Shown: positions 41,800-52,872 of the stretch, in pieces | Layout of the letters: each line of letters begins with the position of its first letter | Numbering within the stretch: position 1 is the first letter of the stretch | Assembly: GCA_963693365.1 (NCBI GenBank) | Contig: CAVNZM010000013.1 | Coordinates: forward strand, 4,824,140 to 4,888,139 | Direction: 5' to 3' | Source of the DNA: Amoebidium appalachense | Taxonomy: Eukaryota; Protista; Ichthyosporea | DNA: 64,000 bases | Notes under the pieces: generated by a model | Told to the model about the DNA's origin: nothing | Seen by the model: only the letters and a program-made list of their open reading frames with translations | Database searches by the model: none | Position numbers and translations under genes: made by a program

Positions 41800-44611
41800 A
41801 CACACACACACATGCACACACACACACACACACACATGCACACACAAAAGGCATTCGGGCACACACATGCACACACACAAAGGCATTCGGGCACACACAT
41901 GCACACACAAAAAGGCATTCGGGCACACACATGCACACACACAAAGGCATTCGGTGACACACATGCACACACAAAAAGGCATTCGGGCACACACATGCAC
42001 ACACACAAAGGCATTCGGGCATACACATGCACACACACAAAGGCATTCGGTGACACACATGCACACACAAAAAGGCATTCGGGCACACACATGCACACAC
42101 ACAAAGGCATTCGGTGACACACATGCACACACAAAAAGGCATTCGGGCACACACATGCACACACACAAAGGCATTCGGGCATACACATGCACACACACAA
42201 AGGCATTCGGTGACACACATGCACACACAAAAAGGCATTCGGGCACACACATGCACACACACAAAGGCATTCGGTGACACACATGCACACACAAAAAGGC
42301 ATTCGGGCACACACATGCACACACACAAAGGCATTCGGGCACACACATGCACACACAAAAAGGCATTCGGGCACACACATGCACACACACAAAGGCATTC
42401 GGGCACACACATGCACACACAAAAAGGCATTCGGGCACACACATGCACACACACAAAGGCATTCGGGCACACACATGCACACACAAAAAGGCATTCGGGC
42501 ACACACATGCACACACACAAAGGCATTCGGTGACACACATGCACACACAAAAAGGCATTCGGGCACACACATGCACACACACAAAGGCATTCGGGCACAC
42601 ACATGCACACACAAAAAGGCATTCGGTGACACACATGCACACACACAAAGGCATTCGGGCACACACATGCACACACACAAAGGCATTCGGGCACACACAT
42701 GCACACACACAAAGGCATTCGGGCACACACATGCACACACACAAAGGCATTCGGGCACACACATGCACACACAAAAAGGCATTCGGTGACACACATGCAC
42801 ACACAAAAAGGCATTCGGGAACACACATGCACACACACAAAGGCATTCGGTGACACACATGCACACACAAAAAGGCATTCGGGCACACACATGCACACAC
42901 ACAAAGGCATTCGGGCACACACATGCACACACAAAAAGGCATTCGGGCACACACATGCACACACACAAAGGCATTCGGGCACACACATGCACACACAAAA
43001 AGGCATTCGGGCACACACATGCACACACACAAAGGCATTCGGGCACACACATGCACACACAAAAAGGCATTCGGGCACACACATGCACACACACAAAGGC
43101 ATTCGGTGACACACATGCACACACAAAAAGGCATTCGGGCACACACATGCACACACACAAAGGCATTCGGGCACACACATGCACACACAAAAAGGCATTC
43201 GGTGACACACATGCACACACACAAAGGCATTCGGGCACACACATGCACACACACAAAGGCATTCGGGCACACACATGCACACACACAAAGGCATTCGGGC
43301 ACACACATGCACACACACAAAGGCATTCGGGCACACACATGCACACACAAAAAGGCATTCGGTGACACACATGCACACACAAAAAGGCATTCGGGAACAC
43401 ACATGCACACACACAAAGGCATTCGGGCACACACATGCACACACAAAAAGGCATTCGGGCACACACATGCACACACACAAAGGCATTCGGGCACACACAT
43501 GCACACACAAAAAGGCATTCGGGCACACACATGCACACACACAACTCCCAATATTTACACACACCACCCACCACACACAGAGCAGGAAGAGAAGTTCCCA
43601 GTCGAACCCCAATCGCCCCGGTCCACGACACCCATCATCTCCAGACGTATTCCAACCTTTCGCTTGACACCTGACATATTGGAGAGGTACACACTGGAGC
43701 AGTTCCTGTACAAAATCGGCAAGTATGACGACGTGAGGAGGGCGGGGGCTGCGAGGCTAGTCCTACCCGAGGAGGTGAAGGAGGCACTGGCAGCAGCATC
43801 CCAGGAGCTGGATTTGCCCGGCAGACCCCACAACGTACAAAATCTGCAGGCAACAGAAAACAAAGACGTATATGCTCTGACGCATGAACTGGACCACGGT
43901 AACCTACCGGCCCCACAGGTGTGTTACTTGAGTTTTGGATGGAGAGGAAGCCTCACACCTAGCAATGTTTGCATTTACTTGGCCTGCCGAGAGACACTTT
44001 TTGCACGCCCCGGCCTCACACTTAGCAATGTTTGCATGAATTTACTTGGCTTGTTTTTGCACGCCCCGGCCTCACACTTAGCAATGTTTGCGTGATTTTA
44101 AAACTTGGCCTGCCGAGAGACACTTTCTGCACGCCCCGGCCTCGCATGCCCTGACTAAACATTATACTAACATTGCAACCCGTGAATTAGGGCAATGCAT
44201 CGTTGTCCGAGAGAGAGTTTTGGGACATGCTGGACGAGCATTGGCCTGAAAGCCGTCCCGAGGAACGGAATCAGTTGGGGAAACCTGTGTTTGAATTCCA
44301 CTACGCCAACGAGCACAGCATTCCACCTGGCACACGCACCCCCAGCGAGGTAAGCGGGCGAAGTTGCTCTGCACACCATTTCAGCACTTGCAACCTCCCC
44401 TTTGTGACCCCCAATCCCGCACATTGCATCGTTTGTATAGTTGCACCATGCCTCCGGACCGTAGCTATGTAGCTAAGTGCATGCCCATTCAGGTGGTCAG
44501 CGAGACCTACAAATGGATGCCCAATTTAAGGAAATTGGACTCTGTTCTTCATCGCATCCATGAATACCAGCACCTCGACGGGATATGCATTCCCATGTTT
44601 TACAAGTACTA

Positions 44612-44642
<31 letters not shown>

Positions 44643-45884
44643 AAAAAATCCTCACAAGAATTCAGAATAGTTCACTTGCCCGCACAGATTTCCCGTCCTC
44701 ACTCACCCTCCCGACCTCTAATTTTGAATTGACTACCCCATATCCACACACAAGAATTCAGAATAGTTCACTTGCCCGCACAGATTTCCCGTCCTCACTC
44801 ACCCTCCCGACCTCTAATTTTGAATTGACTACCCCATATCCACACAAGAATTCAGAATAGTTCACTTGCCCGCACAGATTTCCCGTCCTCACTCACCCTC
44901 CCGACCTCTAATCGAATCGACTTTGTTTCAATCTTTTGCAGGTCCCGCTATCTTGGTTTGTTCGGCCCACATCCAGAGGATGCTGCCTTCGGCAGTCTCA
45001 ACCTAATGGTTGACGGTCCGCACGGAAAACACTGGTATTCGATTAGCCCTGGCAGTCGAGATCGTGTCGAAAGGGTCCTTCGGGATATCCATCCGGATGC
45101 AAAGTCCAAGAAGCCGTGCCCTGGGTTCATGATGCATAAGGTAAGCAGCCAAATTAAGCAAAAGACACGGCACAAAGGCATTCGGGCACACACATGCACA
45201 CACACGACACAAAGGCATTCGGGCACACACATGCACACACACGGCACAAAGGCATTCGGGCACACACATGCACCACACACGGCACAAAGGCATTCGGGCA
45301 CACACATGCACACACACGGCACAAAGGCATTCGGGCACACACATGCACTTAAGCAAACACACGGCACAAAGGCATCGGGCACACACATGAACACCCAAAG
45401 GCATTCGGGCACACACATGCACACTATCATGTGCTTACACCCGGGGTGGGACAGAATATTTTTGTGAACCCGAGGCTGTTTGGAAAAAGGGGCATCCACG
45501 TCTACCATGCAGAGCAAAGGCCGGGCGACCTTATTTACACCCTGCCTGGGGCCTACCACATGGGGTTCGCCTCTGGCGCCCCACCTTGCCGAGGCGGTCA
45601 ACTTTGCAACTCGTGATTGGTTGGAACATTTGAACGGGAAGGTACCCCCGTTTTGCACATGCCCCGATCGCCAAAACGAGACATTCGAGGTACAACCCCC
45701 ACACCCCCCCCCCCAAAAAAAAAAAAAAAAAAAACGAGACAATTCGTTGGTCTGAAGGTAGTTGAAACAATCTATTGGTATCAAAGTAGTTACACACACA
45801 CCATTACACCCCCGGTATCAAAGTAGTTTGGGGGATTAACTATTAAGCACCTAATCTATCGGTCTAACAGTGTAACACACACGC

Positions 45885-45921
<37 letters not shown>

Positions 45922-46059
45922 CACACACACATGCACACATGCACTTAAGCAAACACACGGCACAAAGGCATTCGGGCACACACATACACACACACGGCAC
46001 AAAGGCACCTAATCTATCGGTCTAACAGTGTAACACACACGCACGCACACGCACACACG

Positions 46060-46132
<73 letters not shown>

Positions 46133-46192
46133 CAGCTCGACCTCCCTATTTTGAAACGTGAGATGGTGGACTATCGGATGCAGAAGCCGTGA
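41031..46192 (+). CDS. KDM4-like JmjN+JmjC histone lysine demethylase with an unrecognised 243-aa N-terminal domain; 7 exons; apparent +1 frameshift near 45580
   Basis: Phase-consistent GT-AG exons: 41031-41760, 43581-43918 (JmjN: [18 protein letters not shown]), 44191-44349 (EREFW..HYANE), 44493-44605 ([18 protein letters not shown]), 44942-45140 ([21 protein letters not shown]), 45455-45689 ([19 protein letters not shown], then [14 protein letters not shown]), 46136-46192 (stop). Both the Fe ligands H-x-E..H and the KDM4-type Zn ligands C..H..CxC are present. Confidence 0.9.
41828..43542. repeat. 32-bp satellite (about 53 copies) filling intron 1 of the KDM4-like gene
   Basis: Unit aaggcattcgggcacacacatgcacacacaca with few variants; a 576-bp block is repeated (42274 versus 42850). 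Confidence 0.97.
44654..44912. repeat. ~96-bp tandem repeat (about 2.7 copies) in intron 4 of the KDM4-like gene
   Basis: acaagaattcagaatagttcacttgcccgcacag occurs three times. Confidence 0.93.
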
Positions 46193-46210
46193 GGTTGCAA
46201 TGGCCCGATA

Positions 46211-46600
46211 CGGTGGGGGAAACGTAGTTGTGGTGGTGTGGTGTGGGCAGTAGGCACATCTATAGGGTTCGTGGTGGGTGCGGTGGGGAAACGTAGTTGT
46301 GGTGGTGTGGTGTGGGCAGTAGGCCACACATTCACATCTATAGGGTTCGTGGTGGGTGCGGTGGGGAAACGTAGTTGTGGTGGTGTGGTGTGGGCAGTAG
46401 GCCACACATTCACATCTATAGGGTTCGTGGTGGGTGCGGTGGGGAAACGTAGTTGTGGTGGTGTGGTGTGGGCAGTAGGCCACACATTCACATCTATAGG
46501 GTTCGTGGTGGGTGCGGTGGGGAAACGTAGTTGTGGTGGTGTGGTGTGGGCAGTAGGCCACACATTCACATCTATAGGATTCATGGTGGGTGCGGTGGGG
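46211..46600. repeat. 78-bp tandem repeat (about 5 copies) just after the KDM4-like stop codon
   Basis: ggtggggaaacgtagttgtggtggtgtggtgtgggcagtagg recurs at 78-bp spacing. Confidence 0.93.
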
Positions 46601-46889
46601 AGAGACGTGGTACAAAGTTTTCATTGTTTCAACAAGTTTTTTTATTATTTTTGTATTTAGCTCGATACCAAAAATTTCCGTAATGTTAACTCGAATGTGG
46701 TCTGCAAAAATATGTGACGTACCAAATTTTCTTTCCAAGTTTTTATGTGTATTGTAGTCACCCATAGTGGCGGAGAGACTCCAATAAATATACCAATTCT
46801 GCTTTGAATCTGTGACATGTGTGCAATCACACACACACACACACACACACAAAGCTCAACACACACACACACACACACACACACAAAGC

Positions 46890-47183
46890 TCAACACTTTC
46901 TCTCATGATTTTCCGTTTCGGCTGGTAGGGTCTCCGGCTCCATCATCTTCTGCAGCACGATGGCTGTCTGCCGTTGGTTTTGGGGCACCCACTTCTTGAA
47001 TCCGCACTTATCCGCAAGCTCTTCGGGCAGGTCTATGTAGCCTTTTTCCGCAAGCTCTTGTGCGTATGCTCGTTGCTCCATCTGCGTCCGCCGGGCGGTG
47101 GCCTCGGTCGGCACAATAGTTGCCTGCACCACGGGTGCCTTGCCGGGCTCCTCCTTTAGCTTGTACTCCCATCGGTACGCCAT
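46890..47183 (-). CDS. Hypothetical protein, 97 aa
   Basis: Non-repetitive ATG ORF (MAYRWEYKLKEEPGK..) directly downstream of the next ORF on the same strand. Confidence 0.6.
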   Translation of the reverse strand: MAYRWEYKLKEEPGKAPVVQATIVPTEATARRTQMEQRAYAQELAEKGYIDLPEELADKCGFKKWVPQNQRQTAIVLQKMMEPETLPAETENHERKC

Positions 47184-47219
47184 ACTCTATGCCACAAAAA
47201 TCTCTTGCCGTGTCAATCC

Positions 47220-47591
47220 TCATGCCCGCTCCTTGATCACCACCGCCGGCGCATGTGCACACGTGGGGCACGCCGGGCACTTCTGCTCGGGCGGGCAGTG
47301 CTTGCATGCGGGACACTGGGTGCACCGGGTGGGGCTTGCACCGCACACGTGGCAGCGGGGGCAGTGCGCACACTTGCGGCGGGGCGAGCAGCTGCCGCAG
47401 CTGGCACACATCGGGCATGTACCGGGGCACTTGAGCACCGCCAGCCGCCGCCGCACACGCGGGCTGAACGTGTCCCACAGCACGTAGAGAATGAGCCCGG
47501 CGAGCACGGCCAGCAGGATGGGGGAGGGAGGGTTTGTTGTTCGCAAGGCGGAGAGGGGACGGGGCGGTAGAAAGGGTGCGCCGGCGTCCAT
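47220..47591 (-). CDS. Small membrane protein with a Cys-rich (CxxC/CPxC) tail, 123 aa
   Basis: MDAGAPF.., hydrophobic helix ILLAVLAGLILYVLW, basic stop-transfer stretch, then repeated CxxC. The longer track ORF starting at 48602 just runs through a tandem repeat. Confidence 0.7.
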   Translation of the reverse strand: MDAGAPFLPPRPLSALRTTNPPSPILLAVLAGLILYVLWDTFSPRVRRRLAVLKCPGTCPMCASCGSCSPRRKCAHCPRCHVCGASPTRCTQCPACKHCPPEQKCPACPTCAHAPAVVIKERA

Positions 47592-47762
47592 GTTACTCGG
47601 TGCATGATATAATGCGGTGGTGGGGGTGCGCGAGAGGTGATGGGGGGGGGGGACTTTTCTCCGATTGCGGAGTGGGGTTTCCAATCCGGAGGGGGGGGGG
47701 GGGGGGGGGGGAGAAGGGAAGGGGAGAGGGTTTTCCCGATTTTGGGAGGATGTAACGTTGAT

Positions 47763-48585
47763 CAAAATCGGACTTGTGTTGTGGCACTCCGAATAATGGA
47801 ATAAAACGTTGACCGAATTCGGATATGTGTTGTGGCACTCCGAATAATGGAATAAAACGTTGACCGAATTCGGACTTGTATTAATTGCTACCGAGCACGC
47901 CGAAAAATGAGATGCAACTTTGCCCAAATTCGGACTTGTATTAATTGCTACCGAGCACGCCGAAAAATGAGATGCAACTCTGACCGAATTCGGACTTGTA
48001 TTAATTGCTACCGAGCACGCCGAAAAATGAGATGCAACTTTGACCAAATTCGGACTTGTATTAATTGCTACCGAGCACGCCGAAAAATGAGATGCAACTT
48101 TGCCCAAATTCGGACTTGTATTAATTGCTACCGAGCACGCCGAAAAATTGACCGAATTCGGACTTGTATTAATTGCTACCGAGCACGCCGAAAAATGAGA
48201 TGCAACTTTGACCAAATTCGGACTTGTATTAATTGCTACCGAGCACGCCGAAAAATGAGATGCAACTCTGACCGAATTCGGACTTGTATTAATTGCTACC
48301 GAGCACGCCGAAATATGAGATGCAACTCTGACCGAATTCGGACTTGTATTAATTGCTCCCGAGCACGCCGAATAATGGAATAAAACGTTGACCGAATTCG
48401 GACTTGTATTAATTGCTACCGAGCACGCCGAAAAATGAGATGCAACTTTGACCAAATTCGGACTTGTATTAATTGCTACCGAGCACGCCGAATAATGGAA
48501 TAAAACGTTGACCGAATTCGGACTTGTATTAATTGCTCCCGAGCACTCCGAATAATGGAATAAAACGTTGACCGAATTACTTGTA
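47763..48585. repeat. 60-bp modular tandem array with ccgaattcgg palindromes (about 14 units)
   Basis: Constant part aattcggacttgtattaattgctaccgagcacgccgaa plus one of two ~22-bp linker types. Confidence 0.95.
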
Positions 48586-48617
48586 TTATGGTGCTTATCC
48601 ATTGAAATGTCTTGGGG

Positions 48618-50216
48618 CTACTGCGCTTGCTCCTGACTGCCCTTCTTGAACACGCTCATGACGAGGTCCCTTGTCAAGTCGTCTTCCATGTGCTCCCTCG
48701 CCATCTCCAGCATGGCCGCAGCAAAAGTCACAAAGTCCACACCGAACAGCTCGCGCTCGACGTTCTTGTGTTTGAGTGCTGTGTGCAGGCACTTCTCCGC
48801 AAGCGCCAGCTGCTCGGACGGCACGGGCAGCGCAAAGAGCAGGCGCTTGTTGGGTCCCACATGCCACGTACCGGCCTGCTTCATGCGGCCCTTCACGTCC
48901 TTCAGACTGAGTCCGATTTTCAGGCAGGGCGGGTCGCCATACTCGGACACGAACACGTAGATGCCGGACTGCTGCTTGGTGCACACGTGGTTGGTGACCC
49001 GGCGCAGCTCCTCGCTGGCATCCTCGTATTCGGGTGGGATGTGGTCCTGCTTGATGCTGTCTGTTGCCTGGAGCTCCAAAAGCCGGCACTGCGCCTCGAG
49101 TTTCAGGCGCTCCTCGCGAATCACACCTGCGCGCTTGTCACACAGAGCGCCTTCCTCGCGCATCATCATGATCTCCGTGTACTGTGCAGATTCGGCGATG
49201 CGCGCCTCCTTGTACAGACTCAGTGCAGTTTCCATCTCGGCCTGGTTGGTCATGAACTGGGTGATGTCTCCGAGCTTCAGTCTCTTGGGCTCCCTCTCGG
49301 GTGTCCTGTCGGCATCCATTTCTGCTTGCACACTGTCACGCATGAAAGCGTTGGGTCCTGACGGGTTGGCCGCTGCCGTGGCACGGTTGCGCTCGATGTC
49401 CTCCACGAGTGTTTCGTCTCCACCTTCCAGGCGCGCTATATCTTGAGCCCACTTGTCGATGATCGCGGAACCATAGCGTGAGCCAGATGCAATTTTTAGG
49501 GTTAGCCTACCCAGCGACTTAGCAGGCACACCAGGTGATGCCTTCCCTCCGACTTGAAATTGACAGTTGGTCACGTTAAGAGAATCTTTGAGTTGAGGGT
49601 TATTCTGCAAGAGACGGCGCAGATAGCAACCCGCTGCATTCCTGTCCAAACCACGCACCAGCATGGTATAGTCCACCAAGCTTGCCATCTTCACACCGTC
49701 GACCTCACATACTCGAATGGCATAGTCGCCAATGCCAATACATTCGCCTTTTTCAGCGACAATCTCGTCTGCGGTCATTACGACTTCGTTGTGTTCAGTT
49801 TCCATGGTTTGCGAGACTGAGGGGTTGTGATGTGTGTTGGGTCTTTTTATACCCTTGGGTTGACTGTCGGGGTTCACCTTGTTGGACATCAGCCGCGTGA
49901 TAAAATTGATGCTGCTCATGCGAGCATGGTGCGCGCGCTTGCCGGGAAGAAGGAAGATGATCTCGAGGAGGTCACGGAACGAGGCCACTGGGGTGAGCCT
50001 CCCCACTCCATTGATGCGAAGTTGGTAAATGCGGCTTACCAAAGGCTTTTTGGATTCATTTCCACCCTTTTTCATCTCATGCCAAGCCATCTTGGCAGCA
50101 TCCATTCCAAATGCTCTGTCCGGTAGCCATGCTGTGTCAGACTGACCCCAGTTGGCTGTGTGTGCTCCTTTTATACCTGCGCACATCAGTCGTGCCGAGA
50201 ATGCTGGCAGCAACAA
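48618..50216 (-). CDS. NCLDV-type DNA-binding protein with a C-terminal T5orf172 (GIY-YIG-like) domain
   Basis: TPVASFRDLLEIIFLLPGKRA and ARLEGGDETLVEDIERN motifs, a coiled coil, then GIYVF..LKIGLS..VKGRMKQ..AEKCLH..RELF. True start codon uncertain. Confidence 0.8.
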   Translation of the reverse strand: MLLPAFSARLMCAGIKGAHTANWGQSDTAWLPDRAFGMDAAKMAWHEMKKGGNESKKPLVSRIYQLRINGVGRLTPVASFRDLLEIIFLLPGKRAHHARMSSINFITRLMSNKVNPDSQPKGIKRPNTHHNPSVSQTMETEHNEVVMTADEIVAEKGECIGIGDYAIRVCEVDGVKMASLVDYTMLVRGLDRNAAGCYLRRLLQNNPQLKDSLNVTNCQFQVGGKASPGVPAKSLGRLTLKIASGSRYGSAIIDKWAQDIARLEGGDETLVEDIERNRATAAANPSGPNAFMRDSVQAEMDADRTPEREPKRLKLGDITQFMTNQAEMETALSLYKEARIAESAQYTEIMMMREEGALCDKRAGVIREERLKLEAQCRLLELQATDSIKQDHIPPEYEDASEELRRVTNHVCTKQQSGIYVFVSEYGDPPCLKIGLSLKDVKGRMKQAGTWHVGPNKRLLFALPVPSEQLALAEKCLHTALKHKNVERELFGVDFVTFAAAMLEMAREHMEDDLTRDLVMSVFKKGSQEQAQ

Positions 50217-50388
50217 TCGACTGGTTTACGGGGAGGGGGGGTATGATTTCTCCGCAATGCAAACAAATTTGTGCGCGCATACACAGGCATGCGCTCGGAC
50301 GACACCTTGGGGGTGGCCCTGCTTATATACGCGTGCTGCACCATCCGGGGCGCAGTCGCACACACACACGCACTGCGTGATATATTTA

Positions 50389-50907
50389 TCATTCTCTACG
50401 CAGCCGCCTATTTTTCTTTACTGATTCACATAGCTGCAGCGACAGGATGTCGCAGCCCGTGTCGTGCCAAAGGAAGTCCTTCAAAAAGTCGATTCGCAGA
50501 AGGGTTGTTCGTTGGCTCTTTGCCTCCATGGGAACCGCACGTCCCTCGCCCATGCCCTCCTCCTCCGCCGGATCCCTCGGTGGCAGCAGCGACAGCGTGG
50601 TGTCCCAGCGCTCCCAGGTCAGCCGAAACGACTTGCCCCAATCCAGGTCGATGGTCACCGCATCCCCGGCCCCCTCCAGTGGACACGTCGAAAATACAAG
50701 GTGGTTGAGTCCAGTCCTGTTCGACGCTTCTACCGACTGCAGCGGCAGCATCGTGTCCGACAGCATCGTGTCGCCCTTGCCGAGTCGTGCGTGGAGCTGC
50801 AGCGGCCGGCTCGCCACCCGCCCGGCGCCGTTCGAGTCGAATGTCATGCTCGAGACAAACAGAGAGAGGCGGCTGACGAATAGCTTCAGGTCCTGCTCAA
50901 AAGCCAT
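50389..50907 (-). CDS. Hypothetical protein, ~172 aa
   Basis: ATG ORF MAFEQDLKLFVSRL.. with ordinary globular composition. Confidence 0.55.
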   Translation of the reverse strand: MAFEQDLKLFVSRLSLFVSSMTFDSNGAGRVASRPLQLHARLGKGDTMLSDTMLPLQSVEASNRTGLNHLVFSTCPLEGAGDAVTIDLDWGKSFRLTWERWDTTLSLLPPRDPAEEEGMGEGRAVPMEAKSQRTTLLRIDFLKDFLWHDTGCDILSLQLCESVKKNRRLRRE

Positions 50908-50974
50908 GGTCGGTTCTGGTGCAGATGCAGACTGGCAGCTCCCCGTGTCAGACACACGCTTTTATACCCTCCAG

Positions 50975-51283
50975 AGTCCCCGCCTGCGTCGTCGAACGCT
51001 CGTTCGCAAGGTGTCGGTGCTCGAGGCGCTGCACGACCATGAGTGCACTCTTGCGTGTCTGGGCGTGTGCGTGCGCGGCCCGGACTCGGGTTGCGAGGTG
51101 CTCAGCGTGCGCTGTTGTACGTCTCCTTGGACCGCAGGGGTCCGCCCGGGAGACCTGATCGTGGTCTGTGACATCAAGCCTGTCGGCCCCGGTTGGCGGA
51201 AGATGTATCTCGAGCTCGAGGAGGGTGCGTGGACCAGCAACCTGTGCGCGGCTGGGTGCAAGAGGAGGAAGTGGTTTCACTAG
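50975..51283 (+). CDS. PDZ-like domain fragment, start not identified
   Basis: LGVCVRG..CEVLSV..SPWTAGVRPGDLIVVCD resembles the PDZ V..GSPA..AG...GD.I signature; preceded by a pyrimidine-rich cag acceptor at 50972-50974. Confidence 0.45.
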   Translation, partial: SPRLRRRTLVRKVSVLEALHDHECTLACLGVCVRGPDSGCEVLSVRCCTSPWTAGVRPGDLIVVCDIKPVGPGWRKMYLELEEGAWTSNLCAAGCKRRKWFH

Positions 51284-51456
51284 AGAGGTTGTGCAGCCGA
51301 GAGCCCACAATTTTTAGGCAAGGGTCATGTCAAAGCAAAGAGGTCGCTCCAAAAAGAGGGGTCACAGACGTGTGAAGTACGTGTATGCAGACGAGTTCAT
51401 GCCAAAATACAGGAGACTGGTGCTCCGCCAGAGCGTGCGAGTGAAGCGTAAATGAG

Positions 51457-52872
51457 TTATTGTTTGGTTTCTGCGTCCGTTGGATTGGTTTTCGCTTTAA
51501 ACGGAGCCAATAGCCTCTCCATATCTTCCATCGAAACTAGCCTGCTGAACAGCACGCCAAGGTCTTGCGTCACCTCGTGCCAATCATAGAACAGGTACCC
51601 CATGCGGATGCGCCCGTCCTTGAACAGCGCGACGTAGTCTATGTCTCGCACATGTCTGATGGCGACCGTGAGTGCCTCGAGCCTCTGCTTCATTGGAGTT
51701 CTCTGTGTTTTGCTGTCGACCTTGAATCCGTGTGGGTTGAATCGAATAAACATGGTCGGCACTTCGTGCGCAGATGCCTGGTTGAACATCCGTGCAATCT
51801 CGCACGTGGTGTCATAAGCACGGTGTTGCTCTTCGTCCACCTCGACCACAAGTACAAATGTCCCAAAGTCGTAGTAGAGATCAGGACGAGTGCGCTCCCC
51901 ACAATCATTTGGCACGATTTTGTCGTGGCTGGTGGGTGGACCTATGGAACGCGATATGTGACGTAACACCTTTATTTCAGGACGCGCCTCAGACCACTTA
52001 GCTCGGCGTATGGATTGTGGGTCGCAAGTGGCGCATAGGTTTCCCCTCTTGTGTACTTGTGTCAGCGTGCACGCCACGCAGAAGTTGCGCAGGTCACACA
52101 GCCTGCAGGTACGCCTATGCTTACCGTGTTCACAAACTCCCTTTCCACCACATGCTTTGCAATGATACCTCCGTTTACCGTGGTCGCAAACACTGGATCC
52201 GCCGCACAGATTACAATCGAATTTCAGTTTGCCATGTTTGCAAACACCCAATCCGCCACACGCTTTGCACGCATACCTTCGTTTACCGTGTTCGCAAATC
52301 CTGGATCCGCCACACAGATTACAATCGCATTTCAGTTTGCCGTGTCCGCAAAAACCGGATCCGCCGCACGCCTTGCACTGAGACCTTTGTCTGCCGTGTT
52401 CGCAAATCCTGGATCCGCCACACAGATTACAATCGCATTTCAGTTTGCCGTGTCCGCAAAAACCGGATCCGCCGCACGCCTTGCACTGAGACCTTTGTCT
52501 GCCGTGTTCGCAAAAACTGGATCCGCCGCACGCCTTGCACCGAGACCTTTGTCTGCCGTGTTCGCAAACACCCAATCCGCCACAAGCCTTGCATGAGTAC
52601 CTTTGTCTGCCGTGGTCGCAAACACCGAGTCCGCCGCACGCCTTGCACCGAGACCTTTGTCTGCCGTGTTCGCAAAAACCGGATCTGCCGCACGCCTTGC
52701 ACCGAGACCTTTGTCTGCCGTGTTCGCAAAAACCGGGTCCGCCGCACGCCTTGCACCGGTCCCTCCGTTTACCGTGTTCACATTCAGGATAACATTTTTT
52801 CGATTTCATTTCCTTTATTGTGTCGACAGAGTTCATTCCCATTATAAGTGACAGAAAATATTGCACATACAC
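51457..52872 (-). CDS. Tandem Zn-binding repeat (CEHGRQRSxCKACGG, about 13 copies) protein with a C-terminal PD-(D/E)XK/Vsr-like endonuclease domain
   Basis: 18-aa Cys/His repeats followed by RPDLYYD..VVEVDEEQH..IRFNP. Confidence 0.88.
   Translation of the reverse strand: MYVQYFLSLIMGMNSVDTIKEMKSKKCYPECEHGKRRDRCKACGGPGFCEHGRQRSRCKACGRSGFCEHGRQRSRCKACGGLGVCDHGRQRYSCKACGGLGVCEHGRQRSRCKACGGSSFCEHGRQRSQCKACGGSGFCGHGKLKCDCNLCGGSRICEHGRQRSQCKACGGSGFCGHGKLKCDCNLCGGSRICEHGKRRYACKACGGLGVCKHGKLKFDCNLCGGSSVCDHGKRRYHCKACGGKGVCEHGKHRRTCRLCDLRNFCVACTLTQVHKRGNLCATCDPQSIRRAKWSEARPEIKVLRHISRSIGPPTSHDKIVPNDCGERTRPDLYYDFGTFVLVVEVDEEQHRAYDTTCEIARMFNQASAHEVPTMFIRFNPHGFKVDSKTQRTPMKQRLEALTVAIRHVRDIDYVALFKDGRIRMGYLFYDWHEVTQDLGVLFSRLVSMEDMERLLAPFKAKTNPTDAETKQ

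Noticed and set aside
41828-43542. 32-bp repeat as a CRISPR array
   Set aside because: The units are directly adjacent, with no spacers.
41633-43631. 600+ aa Cys-rich ORFs on the minus strand
   Set aside because: All three frames are open because the 32-bp satellite has no minus-strand stop; the region is intron 1 of the KDM4-like gene.
46130-46852. 240-aa His/Cys repeat ORF
   Set aside because: It starts in a (GT)n tract, is mostly the 78-bp repeat, and overlaps the last KDM4-like exon in antisense.
47763-48585. CRISPR-like constant/variable periodicity
   Set aside because: The variable parts are only two recurring types rather than unique spacers, there are no cas genes, and the context is eukaryotic.
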